Shown here in pieces: positions 1-13,991 of a stretch of DNA of 64,000 nt. This DNA is from Bilabrum cf. latius. Its lineage: Eukaryota. The stretch lies in the NCBI GenBank assembly GCA_965178125.1, contig OZ237736.1:434001-498000 (forward strand), in the 5' to 3' direction. Below the pieces are notes generated by a model. It ran no database searches, was not told the DNA's origin, and was given only the letters and a program-made list of their open reading frames with translations. Within the stretch, counting starts at the first letter, position 1; each line of letters starts with the position of its first letter. Position numbers and translations under genes: made by a program.

Positions 1-1
1 C

Positions 2-306
2 CAGGCAAGCGAGACTGACGACAAGGGAACCGCGAAGCAAATCGCAGCTCTGCGCCAGGAGAACGAAAGGTGGCGCGCGGTGGCAAAGCAGCTGTCAGCT
101 CGGCTAGGGATCAAGTTGCCGTCTTGAGTGTTGTCTTGCAATCTGTATTTGAGTGCAATGTGATCGAAGCATGGATGGTCTACATTGGTAAGTGCATTTC
201 GACCTTCTTGGATCTAGGTTCGCAGGCCCATGCTTGCTCAACGCGGATACATGGGCTGGACAAATTCGGAGCCAACTTGGAGTTAACGCCGATGCGACGC
301 GTGGCC
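2..306 (+). repeat. Segmental duplication of 3149-3511 (3' end of a small ORF plus downstream sequence)
   Basis: 2-189 is nearly identical to 3149-3336. 210-306 matches ~3413-3511 (ggatc.aggttcgc.ggcccatgc...aaattcggagccaacttggagttaacgccgatgcgacgcgtggcc). Confidence 0.9.
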
Positions 307-380
307 GTAGACCGTGCAGTCATCCTGCTCGCTGCATCGACTGCAGTCCAGGAAGCACTGCTGTAGTACCGCAAATTGAT

Positions 381-771
381 ATGCTTAAGAAGTCAGATCA
401 AACTATCAGCGACACTAGCAGCGATAATCAACCTGCGAGGAAGAGAAATCGCGTATTTACACCAGACCGTCGGCAACAAGTTCGCGAAGCTAGCCGTCTA
501 CTTCGATAGAAGCGCAGGCAAGAGATATAGCAGCTACGGGATCGAGTTGAAGAGCTTGAAAAGGAGAATGCTGATTTGCACGCACAACTGGTGCAAGTAC
601 CCGTGTAGACTAGCTCGCTCGCAGTGGGCCAAACTGTCTTCCGTAGTGGAGTAGCAGCTCTAGAACCGCCTGTTACACAATTAAGGGAGAAATCTTAGGA
701 ACGTCCTGCTAGACATCCTATTGGAAGTGGCATACAACAGCAAGGTGCCGCCCTGCTTTCGCAATATACCG
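381..771 (+). CDS. bZIP-like transcription factor, paralogue 1, first exon (TAG read as Gln)
   Basis: ARKRNRVFTPDRRQQVREASRLLR*KRRQEI*QLRDRVEELEKENADLHAQL is a basic region plus leucine heptads. A G|GTGAG donor at 771/772 has the same phase as in paralogue 2. Downstream exons were not resolved. Confidence 0.7.
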
Positions 772-1580
772 GTGAGTGGTGAAAGAATCGTGGCAGATCG
801 AGCCACGCCAGCGCTCGCTCGCTCGAGAATTATCACAGCTCATATTGTGGCTGCAACAGACAGTCACGCTGCTACTTCGAAATTGATGTTAAATCATTTT
901 CATCGTTCACAGGTAAAGGTGTTTTGCACATGGAGTCGCCGGAAAGACCAGCAACTCGTGCGGCGAAGGGCAGATTTGCGGCGGTACTGCCTTGCAACAG
1001 ATCACGTGGATTTCACGTCGTCACAAGTGAAGACCGCGCTTCAAGTACCGTTCAAGCCCGAAAACTTAGAGGAGTATCCTGCGCGCTGGACTTTCCGGGT
1101 ATTCGAGGCGCTGCACCGCCAAGTGATTAGCTCCCAGAGTCTCAGGCGCCTAGATTGATAGCAGTGCCGATTCAACAGCCGGCACAGACGTTCATCAAAG
1201 CGCCCAACCCTTTGCTACCAACAGCACTAGCAGCTGTCGATGATTCGGTTCTGCTGAGACGACAAAACTATTTGCGACCGCCGCTGAAAGACTCGCATCT
1301 GCTGCGCGAACCAGTGCATTCAGCTGCAAATCCCAATGGAAGATTACCCGGCGAGTACACGGGGATACAAGGAGCGCCATTTGTCTCGCAGTCCAGCCAT
1401 CACTACATGCTCGGTGGATCGACTGGGCGGCCTTGGTCAGCCGCCGCCTCGAGAGATTACCCGGACCTTGGCCATCGGACAGCGGCATGGCAGAAATAGC
1501 AGCAGCAACACCAACAAGACATCGGTCGCGGTGGTGCATCACATATGCAGGCAGACGGGCAAGCAGGCAGCCTTCCCGTG

Positions 1581-1662
1581 CCTCCCACCATGGCAGCATC
1601 CGGATCATGGCCATCGTCAGAACCTCCCACCATGGCAGCATCCGGATCATGGCCATCGTCAG
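1581..1662. repeat. Tandem duplication, 40 bp identical, 42-bp period
   Basis: cctcccaccatggcagcatccggatcatggccatcgtcag occurs at 1581-1620 and 1623-1662. Confidence 0.95.
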
Positions 1663-3010
1663 GACGAGCTTTGAGAACGTCCACCGAGCAGCCGAAAAGG
1701 CAGTAGCAACAGCAGCACGGCAGTGGTGCGTGGCAGTTTAGGCTATCCCTTTTCGGGCCGAAGCAGACCAGCGTTTCCTGCGGCATAGCACCCTGCTCAG
1801 CACCGCCGCCACCCCCGCCCGATTCCTCGTCATCATCGACCACCGCAACGGTGCCAGAGGCCCGATCAGGGGCTGAGGCTGTAGCGTCAATAAAACTCAG
1901 CTAGCACACTGCTGATGAACACAAGCATGTCTCTGTCGTCACCAGCGCTTCCCAGTCCAGGTCACCCAGCAGCAGGGAGTCCAGCAGCTCGATTCAGTGG
2001 CACGCAGCTTCGGAGCGGGAGGATAGGCGTGGTTCACATTCGTCGCAAACCGCCCCCGGGACTGATAATCAAGAGGATTAGACAGCTCGGTCCTACGGAC
2101 CAGCATCTACTTTGGGTCCCGATGTTGCGCTGCTGCGACACCGCGCGAGGAGCACCCAGCAGTACGCTAGGGCACCGATAGGTCCATCGCATGGTGGTGA
2201 TACAGCCACAGCGCCGGGGCTGCCCTCAGGCTGCAGGGGGTCATCCTCTTCCTCGTCTTCGTCCTCCACCTCAGCATCGAGCATCTCGCATAGCACTGGC
2301 AGACTGTAGGGATGGGGTTGGCAGTCGAGGCACAGACACGTAGCGCCAAGCAACACACAGCAACGCCCTATGCTGCAGTAGATTGAAGCACTTGAGGTAC
2401 GGTTTGGGCTGGCACCTGCGCGCGGTCAGCCTCATCAGGGCGCTGTGCTGCAAGCTGGCGATTCCATGAGAACCGACATTACTAGTAGCTTGGCGCAGCT
2501 CACCGCAGCTGTGTCTCAGATAGAATTGCAGTAGCTACAGTAGCCATAGCAATGGTTGACGCGTTCTGCAGGGCAACTGCGAGCGGGGCACAGGCATGCA
2601 GAGGATATCTGCGCGCAACTCGAAGGCAAGGGGGAGCCCACTGGCACGGACGAGCTGCGACCGCATCATCACCCGGAGGCACATGTAGTGTAGCAGCCGC
2701 GCTTCTCGTTGAGCGGTTGGAAGCGGAAAAGGTCTAACTTTGAGGTGGGGGGGGGCGCAAATAACGGTTGAGTGAGTGGACTATTGCGGAGTTGTTGTAC
2801 TGTCACAAGCAGGCCGCCCACAGCACCACTGGCAGAGCCACCCGCACCGGCGCACGAGCTGCAGCGTGGCATTGCACAGCAAGGATCCGCGGCTCATAAT
2901 AAACAGGCGTCAGGGTTTGTTGAAACTGCAAACAGAAGCAGCGTCAAGTTAATACTGGCTTGAACATTGCTAGCGCTGCCAGTGGTGCGCATTCGAGTGG
3001 ATCGGCGGCG

Positions 3011-3274
3011 ATGGCGGCTGAATCAGATGGCGGCAATTGTGATGCCGACGGGAAGAGTCCCTCCAAACGAGCACGCGTAGAAGCCGTCGAGAGCAAAGGA
3101 CAAGGCAGCAGCACCCCCATGAAGGGAGCGTCCGGCGATAGCCACTGGCAGGCAAGCGAGACTGACGACAAGGGAACCGCGGAGCAAATCGCAGCTCTGC
3201 GCCAGGAGAACGAAAGATGGCGCGCGGTGGCAAAGCAGCTGTCAGCTCGGCTAGGGATCAAGTTGCCGTCTTGA
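3011..3274 (+). CDS. Small hypothetical protein with a C-terminal coiled coil
   Basis: ATG to TGA; ends EQIAALRQENERWRAVAKQLSARLG. The 3' part is duplicated at the start of the window. Confidence 0.4.
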   Translation: MAAESDGGNCDADGKSPSKRARVEAVESKGQGSSTPMKGASGDSHWQASETDDKGTAEQIAALRQENERWRAVAKQLSARLGIKLPS

Positions 3275-4448
3275 GTGTTGTCTTGCAATCTGTATTTGAG
3301 TGCAACGTGATCGAAGCATGGATGGTATACATTGGTCAGCCAATCGAAGCTGCAGTTGGACCTTGCAACTACTAACATGGACAAACATTATTTTGTGGGT
3401 TTGCACGGAATAGGATCCAGGTTCGCTGGCCCATGCGATGCTGGTTGCTTTGTGCCTAGTTCTGGATAAATTCGGAGCCAACTTGGAGTTAACGCCGATG
3501 CGACGCGTGGCCCCATTGCGAAGCCCCACTGCTCACTGCATCGACTACTGCCAAGCAAGAACTGCTGCAGAAACGCAAATCGTTCCTACCGGAGCCCGGC
3601 CGGTGCCATGCTCACCTAGGATGCCCTGCTCGACGTTAAGCGCGCTCTCTCAGCACGCGATGTCGATGCGTCAGCAGACTCCATCTTCGACGCGAGGTTC
3701 TACTCTAGCAAGAAATGGCGAGCGCCGCCCCTCAGCGCCCGAGCCGCTCAAGTCTAATTGTGACCTCTCAACTTCCTCGTCCGCATGCGGTCGGGTGATC
3801 CGATCCCTGATCCGATCCCTGATCCGGGGAACTCGCACACGCCCCACCTCAACCTGCCCGGTCTGTGTCTCCCTCTTCCCATTCACCGTGCCGACCAGAT
3901 AGCCCCACCAATCATCTCCTCCACTAATCCTCCACCCACTGGAGTACCATCACCCTCCCTACTCCTCACTCGTCCTTCTCGCCCACCCCTACTTGCCACC
4001 ACTCCTGCTCGTACCTCGCCGGACTGGTCTCCTCGACCGCTCACTCCTCCGCTTTATTGCGTTGCATTTAATCCTGCACCTTGAACGGGTACTGCGCCCA
4101 ACACAGGACCTCAACCTCAGAATCCCATTGGCTTCACCAACCATCTGATCTACACTTAGCCGGCCACACTTTGTGCACACATCCGTGAAGCACGCACAGA
4201 TGCATGCTTGCTGCACCTTAATAACACTGCTAAGAATATAAACGGGAGCCTAAGAGGACTTGTACTTCCCTGGGGCGACTGGGGCGAGCTTTGTCGCATT
4301 CCGTCTGCATGTTGGTTCTGGGTTCTGGTCTAGTCGGCGTGGGTGTGACAACCCGAGCCGATGGCGATAATGCCGATCTGATGCCTGAAGGCAACACTGC
4401 TCGAGGACTTCTAGTCTTTGTAAGGAACATAACAAGTTCAGTATTGAA

Positions 4449-6589
4449 ATGCCCGGTAAAAACAGTCCAGTCCATCCCAAGGATAGTAACGACGGTCCTC
4501 CTCCGAAGAAAAGGAAGCGCGTGATTACTCCAGATCGGCGGAGGCAAGTCAAGGAGGCAAGTCGTCGCCTGAGACAGAAGCGAAGATAGGAGCTTGAACA
4601 TCTGCAAGAACGTGTACAATTTCTAGAAGACGAGAACCGCAACTTGCGATCCCGCTTAGCGCAAATGGCGCAGCGAACAGGCCAGCTCCCAGGCGGGGCT
4701 GCTCAACAGTTTGGTTCAGAACCGGCTGCTACACTCCCGGGAGGCAACGAATCTGCGAAAAAGAGCGCGCACTAGAATGCATTTGCATAGGTTCCACCTA
4801 CAGGCGGTGAGTTTGGACGAATGTCCCATCTACAAGCCTGACGCCCGATGGATGTGGAGCGCCAGATGGATGTGGAGTTCTCACACTCCACATCCATCGG
4901 AGCAGCATGCAATAAGCTAGACGAATTCGGTGCCTCGCAGCTGCCCTTCACACTTCTCCTTACTTTCTAACAGCAGATCAAGATGCTACGTACCCAGAAT
5001 CCGGGAGAAGCTCAGCGCCTGATGCGGTCAGCATCAGTTCGCCAGTCGAACCTGTGGCAGCGATTGCACCGGAGCTCATGCCCAAAGACACAAACAGTGA
5101 CGCAGTCGAAACCCACGCATCTGCGGCATCATATTATTATGGTGGATTTCACGGGACAAGCGACTTTCGATAGACAAGATTGGCTGAATAGGCTGGCCTT
5201 GCACCACTGTCAGCAAGCATCAGCGATTCCTCCCGATCGATAGGAGCAGAGACCCGCCAGCCAACAAGAGCACAGTCTCTAGTGCCAGAATTTTCTGAAT
5301 CGCACAGGCCATTGCAAGCACTGCAGCATTTGGGGGTAGATGCCTCGCAGCAGCTTGTGCCGCCAGAGCTGCCAGATTCCGGGACGCCCCGGCCGTACCG
5401 AGGCCTCGACGGAGCGGGGGTGGGCGCCGGCGGTCCTGTTACTTCTTCCTCCTATGGCGCGAGTCACTGGCATCACATGCATGGTAGAGGCTCCATGCGA
5501 ACGGTTCCCAAGGCTGCCCCAGGCCAGCCCCCAGGCATGCAATGGCACCAGCAAGGAGATGGCATGCATGACAGCATGGCGGTTTCCAAGGCAGGTCTTC
5601 AGGCAGGCGGGCACTTCAGTGCAAGAACGTCGTCGGACGCATTGTCCTTCGCTTCGTCAAGCACCGCACTTGCTCCCATTGCTTCCCTGCAAAGGGGTCG
5701 GGAGCAGGACCCGCATCGCGCGTGGCAGTCGAGGCTCTCCCTCTTTGGCTCTCGTACTCGCCACACTACCAACCCGACACGCTCGCGTCCACCAACCGGA
5801 TCCGAAAGCCACTCGGCCGTCGTCGGGGGGACACAGAAAGTCAGCACGGACGATTCCATGACCAGGCAGTCGCCGATGAGCCGCGACTCGAGGTCGTGGA
5901 ACTCGGAGCGGCAGCTTGGATCAAGGCAGGAGCCGAGGCCGGTTGTGTTCACCCGAGGCTAGGACCCTCCGCTGGTGCAGTACCGATCTGGCGCAGGACC
6001 GATTCCCCGGGGCTTGGTGGTGCTGGACGGTGGACCCTCCGCTGATCCCCGACTCCCGGGTCTGGGGGGTCATGCGCAATTCGGCGGGCTGCAGCCCTTA
6101 CACCAGACCCACCGCGGAGTACCAACGATGTCTGCATCGTTGCAGGCGAGCTAGCAGTCGCTGCATGAGGGGTCCATTCGACAGCAAGGAAACGATCATG
6201 ATGCCACAGGCACAGGCACAGGCACAGGCACTGGCACTGGCACTCGTGGATCGCAGGTGATATCGTCTGCTGCGAGCTTGAGGGACTTGCGGGGTCACCA
6301 CGGGTTGGTGTACGGAAAGAATAGTGGTTTTCCCGTCGACCACGGCCACAGCACTGCCACTGGCACTGCAATCCAACAGCAATTCGGCGGCCAGCAGCAG
6401 CAGCACAGTCGGATTGGGTATGTTGGGCAGATGCAAGCGGGAGCCGGCGATGCGGCAAGGCTAGGCATACAGTAGTTGCAACCGTACCAAGCACCGGCAC
6501 CGGCAGCCGGTGCCTTGCAACGGCAATTTTCACTGCTTGGCAGGAAGCGGAAGAGGAGGGAATCATCCGGTTCGGAAGCCGGGGTCTAA
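4449..6589 (+). CDS. bZIP-like transcription factor, paralogue 2 (predicted intron 4807-4973; TAG=Gln)
   Basis: KKRKRVITPDRRRQVKEASRRLRQKRR*ELEHLQERVQFLEDENRNLRSRL. A GTGAG...ctaacag intron joins in frame to ORFs 5282-5962 and 6257-6475, which are broken only by TAG. Ends at TAA 6587. Confidence 0.7.
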
Positions 6590-7184
6590 ACGGATATGAC
6601 TCGTTTTTGCCAGTATGGACAGCTGTAAACTTGCTATCCTGCTGGTGGTGACAATACAGGCAAACAAAAGCGTTTTGCATCTTTACGCTGCGTTCTGCGC
6701 AGCATCTTTCGCGTTCGCCGAAAATTGAAAATTGATTCAGCAGCCAAGACAAGGACAGCATCAATACGCTGCGTAGATTTCACTGGAAATCTGAGCTTCT
6801 ACCGACTTGAGATAATATGGGTACTTCTTTATCGTTCAAGATAGCGGAGATAATCTCAGCGAAGCCTTCCTTGGCTTCGAATCCGGCCAATCATCTCATC
6901 GGCCGACAATTTTAGCCGGTTGAAAAGTCACAATCTGCTTCCGATCATTGCAATGAGTACCCTAGCAGGAGTCTCTGAATGTACGAACAAGTGGTGGAAT
7001 GGATAGGATACCAAACTGAATTGTTAGTTCCGTAATAGCATGTGTTGCGGTGCGCGGCGCCTCGGACTGGCCGACAGCTGCCAGTTCTCGTTTTTCCAGA
7101 ATTGATTTGACGAGGTTGTCCTAAGCTTAGCAACCTTCAAGTTTCGGGCAGGTCTTCTTTGAAAACTTCATTTTAAGAGATCAT

Positions 7185-7785
7185 ATGCCGGAGTAGCAGG
7201 ACCAAGACAAGACAGAACGGCGACGTGCATAGGTTCGTGTGAGCGTAGTATTGCCCCAGCCACTGCCCAAAATCCTGTCCTAATCGCTTGAAATATGGGC
7301 GGTATTGGACGATAATGAACATATCTCTCTTAAACGGGGTCGATACGATGGTCTCTGCCCCTACTTTGGCCGATTTTATACCAATCCTTCTTGCATCGCA
7401 GACCGCGTCTCGACGATTTAGAGAACGCAGGAGGCAGGAACTGGACGGACTAAGGACAATCGTTCAGGAGCTCAAGGATTAGAACGAGCATCTAAGGACG
7501 CAGCTACAGACGAGGGGGTCTGCTGGCCTGTAGGGGCTTGCTTCTCAGCCAGCCGTCAGCGGCACCGCAGCTGCCCACCCCGGGCCTGTGGCGAAGCTCC
7601 CCGTACCAAAACCTATCGTACTAGACGCATCGGGAATCGTATTACCCCCTAGAGCGGGCTTAAGTGCCGTTGGCCAGTGTGAGTCTTCTGAAGTAGGATG
7701 TGGTGAATCGCACGAATTTTGTGGATTAGAGGCAGACGTCGGACAATCAGTTCCGGCTCTTCAGTGCTCCAAATGCGTAGTCTGA
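7185..7785 (+). CDS. bZIP-like transcription factor, paralogue 3 (predicted intron 7239-7401; 3' end uncertain)
   Basis: Spliced product: DKTERRRA*VR|TASRRFRERRRQELDGLRTIVQELKD*NEHLRTQL. Intron boundaries are GTGAG...GCAG. Confidence 0.6.
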
Positions 7786-8561
7786 GTCGCTGCACTTGAA
7801 GTGTTGATCATAACTACAACGTAGGCAGCATTGCTTGCAAGTACCTGAGCATCCAGTGCCATTTTGATTGCATTATACTCGCAGCGCACCAGCTCGGCGG
7901 TAGCGGCCAAGCCAACCAGAACCCCGGCGGTGTCGCAGCGCCGGAGCCTCCAAGCGCAGGAATTGCATACCGCACCAATTTCCAATCTCAACGTGGATTC
8001 GGGCATGCAGATGAATACTCACAGGCTGCTTACTAGCCCGGAGGCCCTGCTGTGCCCCAAGGAGCTTGGCAAGCTGGACCTATCCAATTGCAGCATCCCA
8101 GCCGCGCTGCTTAGGCTCGTCTGGACACTTTGTCGTAGCTTGCCAGTGCTCGGCAAGCTTAGTCGCTACAGTATCCGCATGGTTCATCATTGTTCGCATT
8201 CGGAGCAGAGCAAAGGGGCGCATCATTCCCGGTAGCCCGGCACGGAAGCCAGCCGTACGGTGGCTACGTCCAGCCATAGCTGCAGCAACTGCAGACCTCA
8301 ATTATTCGACCAGCGCAGCCGTTTGGACAAGGTATGCTCCAGTGGAGAAGCGAAAATGCAATGCTGCAATAGTAGCAGCAGCATGAAGCCGTGCATTCTC
8401 TCCATCCCGGCCGGCCAGCTGCGGTAGCCGGGGCCGTTTCCAACTTTCAAATTCCAATGCGAGGAAGTGGTACGCTTGAAACGGTCAGGTCGCAGGTTTC
8501 TACTGGATCGCAAAGAAATTAGAGCCTCACAGCGAAGGAGGGCACCGGATTGCGGCTTCTC

Positions 8562-11500
8562 ATGCAGCACTTGCCGCCTCATCTCCACAGCTCTAGTTCC
8601 ATTGGCACCGGATCAGCAGGGCGGCAGAAGCCCGCAATGGGCGGCGAATTCCGTCTTTCTGCCGAGCATCAGACTCTGAAAAATTCGCATACGCTGCCAG
8701 GTGCTTGCCTGCCCGAAGCAAGTGCCGGGCGCGCCGCCTCGATGACCCACCTTGAAGCGTCGTCGCAGCCGGTGGCGGGGACGGCATCGTCTGTTCCACA
8801 GCAAAGTGCTGCTCTGGCTAGCGCAACATTCAGCGCAGCTAGTGTTGGGTCCCCGGGGACGCTGAGACAAGGACAAGGCCGACATTTGGCCGAGTCTGTC
8901 GTACCCGACAAAAGCGGCGGGCTGTCTCTACTGCAAGCGGTGGCGACCCGAACGCATGAGCCCCCGGTAGCCCCAGACAACTCAAGCAACAACGAAGCGA
9001 GATCCTCCATGCAGTCTCAGCCGCCCAGTGCCGCAGCCAAACTCCAAGAAGTGGGGCCATCGAGCATGCTGGGCAACGGCGACGGCGAAGGGGGCTCTGC
9101 TGCTGGCAGCACCAGCATGGAGGAAATGGGGGGACGCACGCTTGGTTCTATCGCGGCCGGATCCATCGGTGTAGATTCGTTGGGACCTCATGGTGGTGCA
9201 GGGGACGATTCAAGCTCGGCAGGACAGAGCCTGATGATGCTGCTGTCCAGCAGGATGCACCCGTCCTCCTCGTCGTCTGCCTGCTCCCAGGTGCAAGGGG
9301 GGGCATCCACTGGGTCCGTGCCGCCCCCCGCCGCACCCCACTCGTTCGACAGCCTGAATCTCATTGGTTCGATCTCAGGGACCGAAAAGCTTGGACGGGG
9401 CCATCCAGCCATGGCTGGCAGCGAGCTGGAAATCTCCTCCCAGCCTTCGCTCGGGGCCAGCAGTGGGCGGCCGTTCTCCTTCCAGGCAATGCGCGGCGCC
9501 AGTTCCGCCAACAACCCCATGCCACCTGGATCTGGAGCATCCATGGGGAGCTCGCTAGGCATGCCGCCCGGTCAGGCCATGATGGACGGCGCGGGTCCTG
9601 GCAGTGAGCCTTCTGAAGCCCCACGGACTGCTGTAGCTGGAATGAGTGGCAGCAGTCTTGGCGGGGCTGATGGGCTTAGCGCCCGAATCGCAGTCACGGC
9701 CAGCAGTGTCCGCGGAAGCGGGTCACGGGAGGGCGGCAGCCGCGCCACCTCACGCGATGGTAGTACGACTGCATCTGCGCTGGTCGAGCAGCACAGTGCT
9801 GGCAACATGAAGAAGTCCGGCGCTGGTGATCGGAGGCAAGTGGGCAGCAAGGCCAAGCGAGGTCAGTCATCCCACCACGGACAACAAACGGTTGGGGCGG
9901 ATGAGGCTCTAGTCGGAGGTCCCAGTGACGAAGGTGCTCCTGCAGCGAAGCGCAACAGGGTCGAGTCGAGCCGCTGGACGAGAGACAAGCAGGCAACCGT
10001 GCCCACAATGGTGGGGGAATCTTCAACCAACGTCAGCGACAGGCACGTTACACGCCGAAGCAGGAGCGGTGGCTCGGCTGGCAAAGAGCGGCGGCACGCG
10101 TCCAGTTCAGGCAAGTGGTCCCAGATGGACGGCAATCGCCATTGGGACGACGGCAGGTCCTCCCAGCATTCCTCAAGCGTGGCTTCGGGCCGAAGCATGC
10201 CATCGCTGCCATGGTTTGACCCTAAGATCAGAGCCGGACGCAGCAAGGTGGGTGGCCCTGTGACCACCGCAGATCCCGCTGCTGCTTTGCCCTCTGGTCA
10301 GGTATCTGCGGGTGGCCTTGCAGGTGCCACTTCAACGGAGGAGGGCCAGCAGGTGCTCGACATGGTCGCACACGTGATTCGTGGAGGATTCATGCGGCTC
10401 ATGCACCTGCTACCGCTCCCTGGATGGACCAAGCGCGGAGACTCGGCGGATGGTGGCGAATGGTACTGCAGGGAGCTTCACAGCGAGTGGGCTGATCTGG
10501 GGGGAGCAGCAGCAGCCAGAGGGGCCCTCCCCGGATGGAGCAGCGGAGGCGCGCACCCGCATGCCGGTCCAAAGCAAGGAGGACATTCTACCGGCGGTGC
10601 ATCCTCAGGCAGCAACGGAGCTGCGGGCGCGAGAGGCAGCAAGGGCACCGGTTCTGGGAGCGTGTACGCTCTGGCGAGTGGACGCGGGACATCGTCAGCA
10701 TCAAGAAGCTAGCAGGGCTCCCACGGCGGGGATGGTGGCAGTAGCCGTGGGCATACTGGCAGCGGCGGAAACGGCAACAGCGGCAGTGGCACCGGGAGTC
10801 GCGGCATGGGGGTAGGAAGCGATCCTTCGGCCGGCACGCAACAGGCCGACAAATCCACCGGTGGATCCATTGGATCGGGGCAGAGCACCAGCGGCGGCCA
10901 TCTTCGAGCCGCAGTGGGTGCCGGAGGCACTACGACAGGGAACAGTGGCAGCGGCTCGGGGAGCGCCGGTGGCTCTGGGTCCAACTCAGGGAACAATTCA
11001 GGGAACAATTCGGGGACGGGTACAGGGGTGGAGGGTGGCAGCGAGGGTGACGGACAGGAGATCATGGCCGACGATGGTGCGCTGGCAGATGAGGGGACGA
11101 CCACGAATCCGGCCCAATCACCAAGCGAGGGACTGCACACCAGCTCTGGCCAAGAGTCAAGTGGCCCTTCCCCTATGTCCTCCACTGATGTGGCCCGCGC
11201 CGGGGCTCATCCGGACGCGTGGGGCGAGGCGAGGGGCAGCGCCCAGACTGACGGCTCCAAGCCCTTGTCTGGGTCTGAGTCCAGCACTGGCAACCCTGCT
11301 GCTACCGGTCCGAATGCCACCAAGCAAGCAGCTGCAGCTGCTGCGCAAAATAGCATTTCTTCTGGCTAGAGTCGGGACGGTGACGCTGATAGGCCAGACA
11401 CGGCCTCGCCTGCAGGGCAGTCCCTCCCCTTGTCTGGCACGGCCGGTTCGATTCGTCGCAGCGGCGGCGACAACTCATCTGAAGGCAGAAGCAGCAGCGG

Positions 11501-13991
11501 CCCGCCGAGCTCCAGGTCCTCCGCCGGCAGAGGGAGTGCCGTAGGTGGCGCTGCTGGCGGCCCCGCCGGCCCTCGCGGTCACGTGGGCGGAGATCAGCCG
11601 CTTGTCCCGGCCACGATTGCTGCATTGGACTACCCGAGCCGCGCCGCCAGGCGCGTGTACAGGTTGCAGCTGACCGTGGACGCGCCTCCCGAGCAGGTCA
11701 ACGCCGCCATGCGCCGGCTCTTCTCCCAGTCTTCGCACACGCACTCCAGTCTTCCCACCGGGCTTCAGTTCCAGGCCATGCGGGTTGGCTCAGTGGTGCC
11801 CATCCAGCCCCTGTGGAGCCCAGAGCTGACCGTACCTCGCGGGCAGGGAAGCAGTCAGAGCGTGTCTCTGGACGACTCAACGGGCAAGACGGGCCTCCAT
11901 ACCGACACGAGCAAGAGCTCCCGAGGCTCGTCCTGGACCTCCCAGGACCAGGAAGTGTCCAAGCAGGAAACAGGAGTGCTGTTGCCGGCCGTCGATCCCG
12001 AGGGCCTCCCCACTCCCTTTCCAAGTGAGCTCGGCGTCGTCAGGGTGCCGAATGCTGCTGTCGCCAGCGCATTCAGCGGCAACGACTCTAGCTCGGGCGG
12101 GGAGAGCAGGACGGGCACAGCGGCGAGCGCGCCGAGGGCACAGGGCAGCACGGTGACCTCCCTCTCAGGCCGCAACTCACCGCAGGTCTCGCCCAGCGAA
12201 GCATTGTCCTCGTCCAACGCGCCGAAGAATAGCAAGAGCACCCAATAGAGCTCGTCTTCCAAGGCTACAGTGGCGGCAGCTGGGAATCGGTCCACAGGCA
12301 CCTCAGGCTCTTCCTCTCGCGGGGCAGAGAGCACGGAGGCGGACAAGGCCCTCGGAAAATCCAGGTCAGTGGACGTCATTATGCGCCGGACCTTCCATTC
12401 GGCCATGCCCCAGCCGTTTCAGAGCACGTACGTTGTGCAGTGCGCCGACAGAGTGGCGCTGCAGAGATGCCCGTACACGTCAAGGAGAGTGACGCTGACG
12501 ATCCTTCAGCTAGCGGGCAAGACCGCATAGCCCTCCGCGACCCATGACGCCATCTACGGAAGCGGTGGTCCCGCACTGCAAGGCGATGCACCTGGAGTCG
12601 GGGCGGCTGGCTCGGGAGACAAGACCGAAGGGGGATCCAGCGGCCCCAAGGCGGGGTCCGACGACTCCAACCGCGTGGCGGGCCCCATGGGTTCGTCTTC
12701 TTCCTCAGGACCCTCGTCCGGTGATGGTGGTGGCGGAGGAGGCCGCGATGGCAGGGGTGGCAAGGGCAAGGGGTCGGGCAGCTCGAGAAGTGACTCAACC
12801 GATGCCTCCAACCGTGCCAGCCACCACCATCGGCCTCATGCTCAGATCTCCATGGGACCGTCCCTGCAGCACAGGCTGCCTAGGATCAGCGTGGGCGTGG
12901 CCTGCTCCATCAACGTGCATCCGAGCATGGTACCTCCCGCGCCTGGAGGTATGGCAACTGCGTGCTCGGCGCTCTGGGCCGGCTGGATCATTGTGCCCAC
13001 CGGCACGGGAGGCAGCAAGGTGGTGATGCTCTACAGGGAGCAGCCCCTCGATGGTCCTCGCGTTGTTCCCCAGACGGCCGTCCAGTCTGCCCTTGATGCC
13101 ACCATCTTAGAGCAGGGCGTGATGGAGCCCGCCTAGACATACTCTTCAGCGTCTGCTGGAGTTGGTGGCAGCGCCGCCCGGTCGAGCACGTCTGCGGGAG
13201 GAAGCGAAGACAACTCGTCCTCTGGTCGAGACGGTGCTGCGAGCGCCAGCGCAAGTGGCAGCGGGCTCCGCAGCGGGCGCACGCTCAAGCTGGGCTCAGA
13301 CGCGTGGACTCCGAGGGCGAGCACTTCCAGTTCGTCGGGTGCCGGTGCAGGCACCGGTGCCGTGTCTGTGGTGCTGGCCAAGCAGGTCGATCCAACTGCT
13401 GGCGGGATGCGAGGTGCCGGCGCACTGCAGCTGGATCAAGATTTCGCCAGCGTGCCCGGAGGTGGATTTGCCGCGGTTTCTGACGTGGTGCCAGTCACTT
13501 CTCGGTTCTTGGGCGCCGTGCAGCGGCTGTCGAAGGAGCTTACAGCGAGCCGCGGAGACCGTGGCCCCAAGGCGGCAAGGAAGAAGGGCAGTGCCACTGG
13601 CAGGAAACGCAGCGCCACAAGCGCTTCGATGGCTTCTGGCTCGGGACGGCGTCGTGGCGTGGTTGCTGTCGGGCCGCTACAAGCGGCCGTAGTTCCCCAG
13701 CAGCAACCACCGCAGAAAATGGCGGCGGCGTCTTCCTCGTCATCCGCGTCGTCAGGAGCGGCTTACACGACCGCGACGCACAGTGAGGGGCTGGAACTGA
13801 AGACAGGCGAGGACACTAAGAGCCAGGGATCGGCTGGCACGCAGGAGGCGCAGCGTCAGGTGCCCATGGAAGGGGAAGGTCCGCCGAAGACCAAGGCTGG
13901 GCGAGGTCGGGCCAAGCGGGCCACGCAGGGCGCCAGGCAGTCCGGGAGGGGCAGGGCCTAGGCCCACGGGCCGTCCGGAATGCGCCAGTGA
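8562..13991 (+). CDS. ~1800-aa Gly/Ser-rich protein with a fragmented START/SRPBCC-like domain (TAG=Gln)
   Basis: Six ORF-track ORFs (8550, 10806, 11430, 12270, 12675, 13362) share one frame and all end in TAG; the first TGA is at 13989. START-like blocks: YRLQLTVDAPPEQV, HSAMPQPFQSTYVV, SINVHPSMVPP...GWIIVPTGTGGSKVVMLY. Confidence 0.7.

Noticed and set aside
1990-2560. Possible minus-strand gene with an acidic tract and Cys residues
   Set aside because: I could not build a coherent reading frame or assign a family by eye.
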